From assembly GCA_041690135.1 (NCBI GenBank), contig JAWLHY010000001.1, forward strand, positions 1 to 64,000: a stretch of 64,000 nt of DNA, given 5' to 3'. Below the pieces are notes generated by a model. That model worked only from the letters and a program-made list of their open reading frames with translations. It made no database searches and was not told the DNA's origin. How positions within the stretch are numbered: the stretch's first letter is position 1; each line of letters begins with the position of its first letter. Below, in pieces: positions 48,022 to 57,819 of the stretch. The position numbers were made by a program, and so were the translations under genes. The stretch comes from Armatimonadota bacterium. Lineage in GTDB: Bacteria > Armatimonadota > SYMT01.

Positions 48022-49269
48022 TCAGACAAGCGTGTCCTGGATGGCCCGCACCAGATCCGGGCTCTCCCAGTAGATCCCGTGCGTGTTCAACCCGTGGGAA
48101 AGGAGGTGTGCCGTCTGGCGGTCGTCCGGTGCCTTGCCGTTGTGGAGCCGGAACACCTTCCCGGCGACGAAGGCCAGGGGGTCCAGCGGATGCCACAGGT
48201 TGGTCCAGCGGTCGATCGACGGGGGTAAGGCAACGGGACTTCCCGGGCTGTATACCCCCAAGGTCCTTTCACGCGGGTCGACCAGGTGGAAGAAGGCGGA
48301 CTGGCTCCCAAAGGTGACCAGGCCGTTGATCCAGAGGGGATCGGGGCTCCTTGTCGCCATGTCCACCGCGATTACCCCACCCAGGCTGTGCGCGACGACG
48401 TGGACCGGCTTCTGCTCCGTGCCGTATCCCGGAGCTTCTTTGGCCAGGGCCGCCGTCAGCGTTGCGTGGATCGCCGCCTGCTGGCGCTGATAGACAAATA
48501 CGTCGCCCAGGAAGCTCCCGACCGGCGCGGCAATGTTCGCGCGGAACTTCTGGTTGAAATTCCCCGCCACGTGCCCGACGGTGGCCCCAACGACCCGGTC
48601 CAGCTCTTTCAAGACCGCTCCCGCCAGTTTCCGGATGCTGTCTTTCACGCCGCGTGTATCGTCCGTGCCCAGGCCACCCATCACGAGATCGCCAGGCCCG
48701 CCGGTTGCGCCGCCCAGGTCCAGACCACCCCCGTCGCGGACCAGCGATCCCCCCGCATCTCCCTCACCCACAACACCGGGGGAAGCACCGTCCCGCACGG
48801 CGGTCCCGATAGCCCGACCGACCGCCTCCAGCACGCCTTCATCTTCCAATAGCTTCAGGTAAGTGGTGTTGGGCCACTCTTCCCGGATCGCTTCGGCCAG
48901 CGCGTCGGTCCCGTCCGGCCCGCGCACGGCCTCGGAAGGAGCATCTCCCTTCGCCGCGGTCGCGGCTCGGACGACAACGTCGGCCTGCTCTTCGCCCCTG
49001 ACCACCGGCGCTGCGCCTCCCTCCAGCATGCCGCGCAGCAGTTCATCCGCAAGGGCTTCGTCCATGCCGCCGCCGGGGCCTCGCACGCCACCCGGCATGA
49101 CGGGCAGGCTGTCTGAGAGGTGCTCCAGCCTGGCCCCCAGGTCTCCCCAATACACGGGGATCATCTTCCAATCCGAGCCGGCTCGCCGGCCCAACGCCTT
49201 GACGCTGGCGATGAAGTCGTCCCGATCACGCGTAGCCACACCGTGGACTACCAGCACCGGTTCCGCCAT
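48022..49269 (-). CDS. Alpha/beta-hydrolase (lipase-like) with a large low-complexity insert
   Basis: VVHGV, YWGD, FLGDVFVY, HVVAHSLGG nucleophile elbow, TFGSQ, DPL, H..YW; ggagg RBS. Confidence 0.8.
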   Translation of the reverse strand: MAEPVLVVHGVATRDRDDFIASVKALGRRAGSDWKMIPVYWGDLGARLEHLSDSLPVMPGGVRGPGGGMDEALADELLRGMLEGGAAPVVRGEEQADVVVRAATAAKGDAPSEAVRGPDGTDALAEAIREEWPNTTYLKLLEDEGVLEAVGRAIGTAVRDGASPGVVGEGDAGGSLVRDGGGLDLGGATGGPGDLVMGGLGTDDTRGVKDSIRKLAGAVLKELDRVVGATVGHVAGNFNQKFRANIAAPVGSFLGDVFVYQRQQAAIHATLTAALAKEAPGYGTEQKPVHVVAHSLGGVIAVDMATRSPDPLWINGLVTFGSQSAFFHLVDPRERTLGVYSPGSPVALPPSIDRWTNLWHPLDPLAFVAGKVFRLHNGKAPDDRQTAHLLSHGLNTHGIYWESPDLVRAIQDTLV

Positions 49270-49296
49270 TGCATGCCTCCTGTTTTCCAAATTGGC

Positions 49297-51396
49297 CTAG
49301 GGTCCAACCAGCGTTGCCGCCGGATCTCCATAGAGCGTGTATGCCAGCCAGGTCGGGTCCCCCGGTTCGGACTGGATCGCCTGCCGGGCCTGGCGCAGCG
49401 CCTCTCCCAGGTTCTCACCGTCGAGCAGGGCCTGGTAAAAGTGCCCCGCAAACTCGGCCGCCGTGGTGTCCCGCACCTCCCAAAGCGAGCCGACGAACGC
49501 GCCGGCTCCCTGCGAGAGGAAGCCGTTCGCCCATCCCGCCAGTCGCGTGTAGTTGGCCGCCTGCCCGTCCGAGCGACAGGCGTTCATGAACACCAGCGGC
49601 ACCTGCTTCCGGAGACTGCGCTGCATGGAGGCCAGCAGCGCCGGTGTAAACGGCGATGGCCCAAAGGCCACGTGGGAAGCGGTGGGGTTCTGCGGCTGAA
49701 AAGTGTTGTGGCAGGCGAAGTGCAGCAGGTCGAAGTCCGCCGCCTCCAGCCGGTCGAGCAACTCGTCCAGGTCGTCCACGGGAGTGGTGGCGGGAACCCC
49801 CAGCAGCTCGCGAAGCGCCTGGATCTCGGCGTCGGCGCTGGCGGGAGACCCGGCCGGTCGGACGAAAACGGGAGCAGCGCGGTGAAGCTCGGCTACCGGC
49901 GGCGTGCGTCCCTGCCAGCGCGCGATGGGAAACTGCTCGACCAGGAAACCTCGGTCCTGCGGCTCGTCCCCCTCGGGTGCGGTGGGGTAGAGGATTTCCC
50001 AGGGGATGGGGTCCCCATCGGCCTGGATGATCAGCCGGCGGATGTCGGCATGGCGCTCCCAGAAGAGGCGCTGGAGATCGGCGGGGAACAACTCCTGCCA
50101 GAGCACAATGCCATGCCCCTTCAGCGCCCGGCGCGTGGTGGAGGCGGAGTACTGGAGGCGGTTGCGCGCCATCAGGTTGAACTGCGCCACCACATCTTCC
50201 ACGCATTTGTCGGGCGTCCGCCGGAGGCGGGCCGACTCCATCGGCTCGTAGAAGCCGATCGTGTCGTCGATGAACTGGTAGCGGTAGACCTGGTCCTCCT
50301 CATCGTACCGGATGAACAGGGTGACCTCCCCGGGCTGGCGCTGGCGCGGCGGCATGCCGGACCGACGGGCGACACTCGGGCCTGTCGCCGCCACCGGGTC
50401 CACGGTGACCTGCATCTGCAGGGCGCCCAGGAACATACCTCCCAGGAAAGCGGAGACCCTTACGTCGCACACACCCTGCTTCTCCGCGCGGAGACGGAAC
50501 AGTGCCGGGTCCGAGTCCTGTCCCGCCGGAACGTGGACGACTCGGGACGTTCCTTCCAGGGGAGCGAAACCCGGGCTCTGGAGCACCAGGCGGACGTCCT
50601 GATCCTCAAGAGAAACGCGGTCCCTCAGGGCAGCGGTGGAAGCCCCGGCGCCCCGCAAGAGGGAAACGGTTATCAACAACTCCGTCTCCTCGCCCAGGCG
50701 CACGCGCTCCGGCATTTCGCCGTTCAGGTAACGCGTCACCGGCGCCTCTGCTGTCCCGGCAGCCGCCGTGGTGTCTCCCGAGCGCACGGCCCGGGGACTA
50801 TCCCCGGCACTGCCATCGAGTTCAAAGGCGGTTTCTTCCCACCCTCCACGCACGGTTGGGGTCGTGGGCGCGCCCCAGCCCCCGGATCCGCTTCCGACTG
50901 CGTCACTCGTGCCCTCGCGAAATCCGAACCGCTCTTCTCCGAAATCATTCCCACCGGGTCGGAAAGACTCTTCCCGGGTCTCATCCATGCGCGGTTCCAT
51001 GCGCGGTACGGGTCGCTCGCCCCCGCCGTTCGCCATCGCCCGGCGATCTTCGCCCGGCCAGGTCGGCCGCGCCGGACCGGTGTCCAGTGTGGCCATCAGC
51101 CACGCCCGCAGGGTCGCCGGTGATACCTCCTCCAGTGGGGTCAGCGGGCCGCCTTCCAGACCGACAACGGCCCCTGCCGGAAAGCCGGTCTCCTTATCCA
51201 GAAGAATCTCGGCCACGGCGTCCGCATCTTGCAATCCCGCGTGGTGACCGCGCCGCAGGGTGAGGAACCATTGCACCCGTTTCACCGAGGGCTCCTCGTC
51301 TTTGCGAAGGTCAACATGCGATGCCAGGCGCTCGGCGAGCGCGGCACTCCGGTCTTTGGAAACCGCCGGGGAAACGAGAACAAGAGCGGCGGACAT
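49297..51396 (-). CDS. CHAT (caspase-like) protease with TCAD7-like beta-sandwich and unknown N-terminal domain
   Basis: IPWEILY, LLHFACH, LVFMNACRS dyad, GAFVGSLWEV.D, DPTWLAYTLYGDP; RYLNGEMPERV central domain. Confidence 0.88.
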   Translation of the reverse strand: MSAALVLVSPAVSKDRSAALAERLASHVDLRKDEEPSVKRVQWFLTLRRGHHAGLQDADAVAEILLDKETGFPAGAVVGLEGGPLTPLEEVSPATLRAWLMATLDTGPARPTWPGEDRRAMANGGGERPVPRMEPRMDETREESFRPGGNDFGEERFGFREGTSDAVGSGSGGWGAPTTPTVRGGWEETAFELDGSAGDSPRAVRSGDTTAAAGTAEAPVTRYLNGEMPERVRLGEETELLITVSLLRGAGASTAALRDRVSLEDQDVRLVLQSPGFAPLEGTSRVVHVPAGQDSDPALFRLRAEKQGVCDVRVSAFLGGMFLGALQMQVTVDPVAATGPSVARRSGMPPRQRQPGEVTLFIRYDEEDQVYRYQFIDDTIGFYEPMESARLRRTPDKCVEDVVAQFNLMARNRLQYSASTTRRALKGHGIVLWQELFPADLQRLFWERHADIRRLIIQADGDPIPWEILYPTAPEGDEPQDRGFLVEQFPIARWQGRTPPVAELHRAAPVFVRPAGSPASADAEIQALRELLGVPATTPVDDLDELLDRLEAADFDLLHFACHNTFQPQNPTASHVAFGPSPFTPALLASMQRSLRKQVPLVFMNACRSDGQAANYTRLAGWANGFLSQGAGAFVGSLWEVRDTTAAEFAGHFYQALLDGENLGEALRQARQAIQSEPGDPTWLAYTLYGDPAATLVGP

Positions 51397-51694
51397 GGGC
51401 TTTCCTCCGATCTCCTGCATGCGGGCAAGAAGGGGGGTGTCTATCGGGTTAACATTCGTAAACCGGGGTCATCCTTCCTTCAATGCGAGGTCCGGAAATC
51501 GCTCCATGGCTCGAGGCGTCCAAAACGCATGCAACTCCGCCCGGCGTACTCGGCTCATGACTTCCGGCCGCCTGCGCGACCTCCCGAAGTTGCCGCCGGA
51601 ACAACGCCGGATAGATAATTGCTCGGGGCCCGGGCCGGCGGTGCGCCGCTCAGTCGGCCGGCGACCGCCTTTCAAGTGGAGTGAGGAAGACCAG

Positions 51695-53026
51695 ATGCTG
51701 ACCATTCAAGGAGACCCCCAGCGCTACTGCGACGGCGTCTCCCGCCGCGAGTTCCTGAAGATCGGCGCCATGACGATGGGTGGCCTCACGCTCACCGACC
51801 TCCTGGCGGCCGAAGCACAGGCGGGCGTCCGCTCCTCGCACAAGTCGGTCATCATCGTCTATCTCCCCGGCGGGCTGGGGCACCAGGATTCGCTCGACCT
51901 CAAGATGGAGGCCCCATCCGAGATCCGCGGCGACTTCAAACCGATCCCCACCAACGTCTCGGGGATCGAGATCTGCGAGTTGATGCCGCGCCTGGCGAAG
52001 GCGATGGATAAGTTCACTATCCTCCGCTCCCTGGTCGGGGCGCGGGACGAGCACGCCAACCCGCTCTGCCTCAGCGGCTTCACGATGGCGGAGACCAACA
52101 AGAACCATCCCTGCCTGGGGGCCTCCATCGCGAAGATTTTCGGGCCCGTCGAGAAGACCGTCCCGCCCCACGTGGACCTGATCCCGAAGACCCAGCACAA
52201 GCCGTACTCCATTCCCGCCGCCAGCGGGTTCCTGGGCCGGGCCTACTCCGCGGCCCGCGTGGACGGGGACGGCGCCGAAGATATGACGCTCAAGGGCATC
52301 ACCCTGCAGCGCCTGCAGGACCGCAAGCGGTTGCTGGCTTCGGTGGATCGTTTCCGCAAGGCGGTCGACGACAGCGACATGGTCCAGGCGCAGGACATCG
52401 CCACTCAGCAGGCGTTCAACATCCTCACCTCGGCAAAGTTCGTGGAGGCGCTGGACGTGTCACGGGAGGACCCGAAGGTCCTGGAGAAGTACGGAAAGGG
52501 ATACGACAAGGTGGTGGGCGACGCCTGCCCCTGTAAGAACGAGCAGTTCCTGGCGGCCCGGCGGCTCGTGGAGGCGGGGGTCCGCTGTGTTTCCCTCGGC
52601 TACGGCTTCTGGGACTTCCACGGCGGCAACACCGGCAATATGAAGAAGTACCTGCCGATGCTGGACCAGGCCATCACCGCCCTGGTGCAGGATCTCCACG
52701 ATCGGGGCCTGGATAAGGACGTGTCCGTGCTGATGTGGGGCGACTTCGGCCGCACGCCCAAGATCAACAAAGACGCCGGGCGGGACCACTGGCCCCACGT
52801 GGCTTCCGCCCTGGTCGCTGGCGGTGGCATGCGCACCGGCCAGGTGATCGGCAGCACCACCAAAGACGGCGGCTACGCCGACGAACGCCCGATCCATTAC
52901 CGCGACGTGATGGCGACCCTCCTCCACCAGATGGGCTTCGACGTCCGCCACCAGCAAACCACCGACCAGCTCGACCGGCCCCAGTTCCTCTACCCCGGCC
53001 ATGAGCCCATAGAGGAGTTGATCTAA
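51695..53026 (+). CDS. DUF1501 domain protein
   Basis: SRREFLKIG, ARRLVEAGV, WDFH, GDFGRTPKIN..GRDHW. Confidence 0.92.
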   Translation: MLTIQGDPQRYCDGVSRREFLKIGAMTMGGLTLTDLLAAEAQAGVRSSHKSVIIVYLPGGLGHQDSLDLKMEAPSEIRGDFKPIPTNVSGIEICELMPRLAKAMDKFTILRSLVGARDEHANPLCLSGFTMAETNKNHPCLGASIAKIFGPVEKTVPPHVDLIPKTQHKPYSIPAASGFLGRAYSAARVDGDGAEDMTLKGITLQRLQDRKRLLASVDRFRKAVDDSDMVQAQDIATQQAFNILTSAKFVEALDVSREDPKVLEKYGKGYDKVVGDACPCKNEQFLAARRLVEAGVRCVSLGYGFWDFHGGNTGNMKKYLPMLDQAITALVQDLHDRGLDKDVSVLMWGDFGRTPKINKDAGRDHWPHVASALVAGGGMRTGQVIGSTTKDGGYADERPIHYRDVMATLLHQMGFDVRHQQTTDQLDRPQFLYPGHEPIEELI

Positions 53027-53303
53027 TTAGGGCACCCAGTAAGTGGCAATCGGATTTCCACGTAAGCGGGATACATCCAGTGGCATGGGCCGGGTCCCGT
53101 AGGACCAACTTTGGCAAGCGGTATCTGTTGGGAAGGTCTCGTACACCCGGCGAAGTTAGGGCCGTATTTTTCCGGCGGATTGGGGCTGATCCCGTTCTGT
53201 CAACTCGTGTCGGCACAGGTTCCGGTCCGGTGCGGTTTGGCGCAACAGGATCAACTTCATCAACAGCGGAATGGAGCGGCGTCGCATTCCCTACGATCCG
53301 GTT

Positions 53304-53340
53304 CCCTTTTCCGCATCCTTCCGCGTCTTTCCGCGGGCAA
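53304..53340. repeat. Partial copy of the (ttccgcg)n..ccgcgggcaa repeat family
   Basis: ttccgcatccttccgcgtctttccgcgggcaa resembles 1159-1189. Confidence 0.6.
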
Positions 53341-53359
53341 GACGGTTCGGTTTTTCTCA

Positions 53360-54241
53360 TCAGGCCCGGCGCCAGCCGGTGGATTCCATGCGGTCCAGCT
53401 CCTTCCGGATCTCCACACCTTCATAGAAGGAGAGCCAGCCGCGGAGGCGACTCGTTTCGCCCGGATTGCAGTCAGGGAACTGCGGATCGGAGTGAAGGCA
53501 GGGGCAGGGCGGGTTGCCCCAGACGCGTTGGACCGGCTCCCACGCCGTGATGACCCAGCGGTTGCCGGCGGCGTTCCGGCAGGCAGCGTAGGGGGAGCGG
53601 AAGAGCTTGTTGTCGTTGGTCAACTGCTCGAACCCGGTGGCGCCCTTCAGCATCACGCAGTTCTGCACGCGCAGGCCCGTCAACGGCTGCGCCGTGCCGT
53701 TCACCAGCCACATCTCCATCCGGACGGCGTCCCGGCCGGGTGTCACTCGCGTGCCGAAGCGGACCTGGTTCGGCAGGATCCGCTCCATCTCGAGGTCCCC
53801 GTCTTCCTTCCGCTGCCACTCCAGCTTCGGGAGCTCGACGCCCTGCTGCGACCAGAGGGTGGGCACATGGGTGTGCGCCAGGTAGAGCAGGCCGAGGTTG
53901 GAGAAGATCGCCTCCGGCACGTCGGCGACCACGTAGCTCGTGGGGTCCCAGGGCGTGAAGATGCTGACCTTCGTCTCCCGCTGGGGGTGGACCGCGCCTT
54001 CCAGGAACTGGATGCGGGGATGCCGGCCGCCGGGGTAAGGGAGGACCAGCAGCTTTGACCCCGCGGGTCGCTCGGGCCGGTTATTGACGGTGATGGGGAA
54101 CCGGCTCCGCGCCCGCATCACCTCTTCCAGGGTCATCCCGAAGGCGGCCCCGATCTCCTCGTCGCTGAAGTGGTGATACCAGATCATCGATTCCAGCCAG
54201 AGCCGGAGCTCTTCGTCATCCTTCGGCGGCCGTCCTTCCAT
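53360..54241 (-). CDS. Hypothetical protein
   Basis: Long ORF with GC-rich codon usage; PYPGGRHPRI.FLEGA, HSDP motifs. Confidence 0.7.
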   Translation of the reverse strand: MEGRPPKDDEELRLWLESMIWYHHFSDEEIGAAFGMTLEEVMRARSRFPITVNNRPERPAGSKLLVLPYPGGRHPRIQFLEGAVHPQRETKVSIFTPWDPTSYVVADVPEAIFSNLGLLYLAHTHVPTLWSQQGVELPKLEWQRKEDGDLEMERILPNQVRFGTRVTPGRDAVRMEMWLVNGTAQPLTGLRVQNCVMLKGATGFEQLTNDNKLFRSPYAACRNAAGNRWVITAWEPVQRVWGNPPCPCLHSDPQFPDCNPGETSRLRGWLSFYEGVEIRKELDRMESTGWRRA

Positions 54242-54274
54242 CCGATCCTCCCACGCGCCCAGAGGTGGCATCCG

Positions 54275-55312
54275 TTACTCCCACCCGCGCTCCGAGAGAT
54301 ACTTCCGGACCGTGGTGGTTTCTACCTGCCACTCCGTATGCGTGTGGTGCGGTCGGAAGCCCAACTCGTGGTTGATCTTGAGCATCGGGACGTTCGAGCT
54401 GGCATTGCCGGTGCGCACCCGCTGGGCTCGCGGCCGTCTTTCCAGGACGCGCTCCAGCATCGTCGCCTTCAACCACCGGCCCATTCCCCGGTTCTGGTAT
54501 TCGGGGAAGACCGCCGTGTCGTCCTGGTCGAGAATCTCCGGGCGGTCGGGGTGCCAGTACACCTCCGTGTACCCCGCAATCATCCCCGTGGAGCGGTCCC
54601 GCAGGAAGAGCGTCCACCGTTCGATCCGCGTCATCTCCAGCCAGCGGTTGTGCTCGCGGAGTTGGTCCGGAGTGAGGTGAACGTCTTCCACTTCCAGGTC
54701 GCCGCGGGGCATCAGGTTCACCGCCGCCTTCATGGCGATGGCGTCTGGAAAGAACTCTTCGGGGTAGGGGCCTTCTAGTGCGCCGACTTCGAACCCCTGG
54801 CCTTCCGGGTCGAACCGTTCTTTCCACCGGGCGAGGAGGCTCCGGTCCAACGTCGCCAGGAGCAGTTGGTTGGAAGTCATCAGCAGCGCCGGCCGCGCCT
54901 CCAGCCGCCGCATGAACTCTTCTCCCGCGGGAATACGATCGGAGCTGCCGCCCAGGAGGAGCCTCCGGCTCCACGCTTCGGCCGTCTCAACCACCGGCGC
55001 CAACAGCCGGGTGCCCAGCCCGCGCCGGCGCCACTCGCGATCGACGTGCACGCCGAACCAGGCGCAGTGGCGGTTCTCTTCCGCCTCCGTGACGTGCAGC
55101 CAGGAGCGGCCCACCACCTGCTCTCCTTGCCACACGGCCCAGCGCCGGATCCGCACGTGTGCCGGGGGGTTGGTCAACGCCTCGCGCGTCTGCTGCTCGG
55201 TCACTGGTGGGTCTTCGGGCATGAACTCCTGCTGCATCCGGTTGGTCAACCGGTTCCAGGCACGGAACTGCTCTGCGGTAGCCGTTGTAGCGGGAAATTC
55301 CTCGGGGGTCAT
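54275..55312 (-). CDS. Tandem GNAT acetyltransferase
   Basis: VDREWRRRGLGT and TAVFPEYQNRGMG..LK..TGNA..N.PML.IN..LGF. Confidence 0.88.
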   Translation of the reverse strand: MTPEEFPATTATAEQFRAWNRLTNRMQQEFMPEDPPVTEQQTREALTNPPAHVRIRRWAVWQGEQVVGRSWLHVTEAEENRHCAWFGVHVDREWRRRGLGTRLLAPVVETAEAWSRRLLLGGSSDRIPAGEEFMRRLEARPALLMTSNQLLLATLDRSLLARWKERFDPEGQGFEVGALEGPYPEEFFPDAIAMKAAVNLMPRGDLEVEDVHLTPDQLREHNRWLEMTRIERWTLFLRDRSTGMIAGYTEVYWHPDRPEILDQDDTAVFPEYQNRGMGRWLKATMLERVLERRPRAQRVRTGNASSNVPMLKINHELGFRPHHTHTEWQVETTTVRKYLSERGWE

Positions 55313-55523
55313 TTCAGTGCTCCACACTGTAACGGTGTCCAGCCGGACTTCTCAGCTAACGGGTTGGGAAGCATCGGAACAGTTTTTGTCCCCTCGGCAC
55401 GAGCCTGTTTCTACTCACAACTTTGCGAGGCTTGCCGGAGTGACGGCGCTTGCGCGGCCAACTCATGTGAGGCGGTACCTTGTCAGATACTTACACGCAC
55501 CCCTTTACTTCCTGTCCGTGGGC

Positions 55524-56393
55524 TCAGCCAGCCGGTCCCAGGATCAGCGCCCGGCCGTCCCAGATGTAGGACAATTCCAATGGATCCGTGATCGGCCACT
55601 TCTCCCGGCCGTAACTGGGGTCCGCCACCTCGATCCATCTCCCTTCCGGATCGCCCGTGAGGACCACGACGGCGTGGAAGACGCCGGGGGTCCAGCCGTA
55701 GCCCTGCATCCGCTTCGCCACCTCGGGCGGCGCACCCCGACGCAGGCCGACCCGGACCACGGCGGGACCATCGAGCCGGCTGAAGTCCGCCGCACCCCGC
55801 AGATGAAGGAGGCGCGGGCGTAGGCGGTGCGAGCCTGCCTTTAAGGCAAGCCCCCGGTAAAGCCCCAGAGTGGGCGTGCCCAGCCGCTCCCGGGTGAGGC
55901 AGAGCCGGGCCATCTCCGCCTCCGTGGCGGGGATACCATGGTGATGGAGCACCATCACGGCCGCGGCGGCGCTGCAACTGTCGTCACTGGTCTGGCGGCA
56001 GAGGCCCGTGGCATCCACCGTCCCCGCCAGTCCCGCCGGTGTGGGAAAAAAGAGCCAGGCGTAGCTCCAGAACGCCGCTCCCAGGGCGCCCGCCCCCAGG
56101 AGGCCTGCACGCACCCGGGCGGAGGTGTCGTTTGCCTGTCGCCAGAGCAGGACCAACAGCGCGCCGACCCCTTCCAGGGAGAGGTTGGTGAAGAAAACCA
56201 GGTCCGGCCAGGAAAGACGCATGGCATCCCAGGCCCACTCCGCCCGCCGCTCCAGTACCATCCCGCCCACTACCGCCAGCAGCAATCCCACGCCGAAGCC
56301 GCGACTCGCCGCCGACCCTGGAGGCAGCCGCGCAGCGAGAGCCACACAGGCCACCGTGAGAACCGCGTGCGCAAGCAAGTACTGGAACGGCAT
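55524..56393 (-). CDS. Membrane-anchored C39 cysteine peptidase
   Basis: Four N-terminal TMs; RQTSDDSCSAAA, HAVV, VADP triad motifs. Confidence 0.8.
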   Translation of the reverse strand: MPFQYLLAHAVLTVACVALAARLPPGSAASRGFGVGLLLAVVGGMVLERRAEWAWDAMRLSWPDLVFFTNLSLEGVGALLVLLWRQANDTSARVRAGLLGAGALGAAFWSYAWLFFPTPAGLAGTVDATGLCRQTSDDSCSAAAAVMVLHHHGIPATEAEMARLCLTRERLGTPTLGLYRGLALKAGSHRLRPRLLHLRGAADFSRLDGPAVVRVGLRRGAPPEVAKRMQGYGWTPGVFHAVVVLTGDPEGRWIEVADPSYGREKWPITDPLELSYIWDGRALILGPAG

Positions 56394-56680
56394 GGAAGGG
56401 GTCCCGACTCCGGTCTTCTTATCGGCGCCGCCACGCAAGTCCCGGCAGGAAGGATCGCCTCATTGGCTGTTGTGGCAAAGGGGTCGGCCAGCCTACACCA
56501 CTCAGTTCCCTGGCTCGTGGGGGACACCCTTCTGGGCTGTGTTCCCCACCCGTTAAGCTGGTGGAGACGGGCCGTGGCCGAATCTGTCGGATATTTGTCC
56601 TTCATGCCGTACCGCGCCGTGCTACTTTACTTCTGACACCGAATCTCTGGCGGATGGGAGATTGAGTTGGGATAGGAGGA

Positions 56681-57721
56681 GTGGCCAACGTGAACGACAA
56701 CGGACGCGCGCAAGCTCCGGCCGGGAAGCCGAGGCGAGTGGTGGTGCTGGCTTACCCCCTGGTGGACCTGCTGGATGTGGCAGGCCCTACCGAGGTGTTC
56801 GGGCTGGCCAATTTCCTGGCCGCCGGAATGGCGGGTGCGTCGGCGCACCACTACCGACTGGAAGTGATCGCGACCGGAGACCAGCTTCAACTCCCCACGG
56901 CCTTCGGACTGGCGTTGACCGCGCAACGCCTGCTTTCCGACCTCTCGGACGAAGAGATCGGTGAAATCGATACGCTACTGATCCCCGCCGGCCCACCGGA
57001 AGCGGGACCGATGCACGACCCGGCGCTCCACCACTGGCTGCGGGAGGCGGCGCCTCGCATCCGACGTGTCGGCTCCGTGTGCGCCGGCGCCCTGGTGCTG
57101 GCGGCTGCCGGCCTCCTGGATGGGCGCCGGGCCACCTCCCACTGGCAGGTCTGCGGGCTGCTCGCCCGGGAGTACCCCCGCGTGACGGTCGAGCCGGATG
57201 CCATCTACGTGAAGGACGGGAACATCTACAGCTCGGCCGGCTCCACGGCGGGTATCGACCTGGCACTCGCGATGCTGGAGGAGGACCTGGGCCGGGAGAC
57301 GACACTGGAGGTCGCCCGGAACCTGATCATGTTCGCCCGGCGGCCCGGCGGGCAAAGCCAGTTCACGCCGCTGCTCCAACTCCAGAACGGCGGACCGACC
57401 CCCTTGCGCAGCCTGCAGGATTGGATCCTCGACCACCTGCGTGAGGACCTCTCCATCCAGCGGCTGGCGGAGCAGGTCCACATGAGCCCCCGGCACTTCT
57501 CGCGAGTCTTCACGCAGGAGGTCGGCTGGACTCCGGCACGCTTCGTGGAGCGCCTGCGGGTCGACGCGGCGCGCAGCCTGCTGGAAGAGACCCATGCGGA
57601 CCTGGAGCGGGTGGCGCGGCACTGCGGGTTCGGCTCGGCCGACTCCATGCGGCGCGCCTTCCTGCGGGTCGTGCGGGTCCCGCCCCAGGACTATCGCAGC
57701 CGCTTCCAACGCCCCGCCTGA
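56681..57721 (+). CDS. GlxA family AraC regulator (DJ-1/PfpI domain)
   Basis: LLDVAGP.EVF, SVCAGA..LAAAGLLDGR.AT.HW, RRPGGQSQF, C-terminal double HTH. Confidence 0.95.
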   Translation: MANVNDNGRAQAPAGKPRRVVVLAYPLVDLLDVAGPTEVFGLANFLAAGMAGASAHHYRLEVIATGDQLQLPTAFGLALTAQRLLSDLSDEEIGEIDTLLIPAGPPEAGPMHDPALHHWLREAAPRIRRVGSVCAGALVLAAAGLLDGRRATSHWQVCGLLAREYPRVTVEPDAIYVKDGNIYSSAGSTAGIDLALAMLEEDLGRETTLEVARNLIMFARRPGGQSQFTPLLQLQNGGPTPLRSLQDWILDHLREDLSIQRLAEQVHMSPRHFSRVFTQEVGWTPARFVERLRVDAARSLLEETHADLERVARHCGFGSADSMRRAFLRVVRVPPQDYRSRFQRPA

Positions 57722-57819
57722 CTTCGAGAGGGTCCACCAAACAAGAACCGCGGAGTTGGGGAGCCAGGTTAACCCGCGAGCCTGCCCGTATGGGAACACA
57801 TGGAAGAACGCGGAAGGAA

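Noticed and set aside
51260-51694. N-terminal extensions of ORFs 51260, 3626 and 60633
   Set aside because: Family-like sequence starts at 51695, 3725 and 60939 respectively
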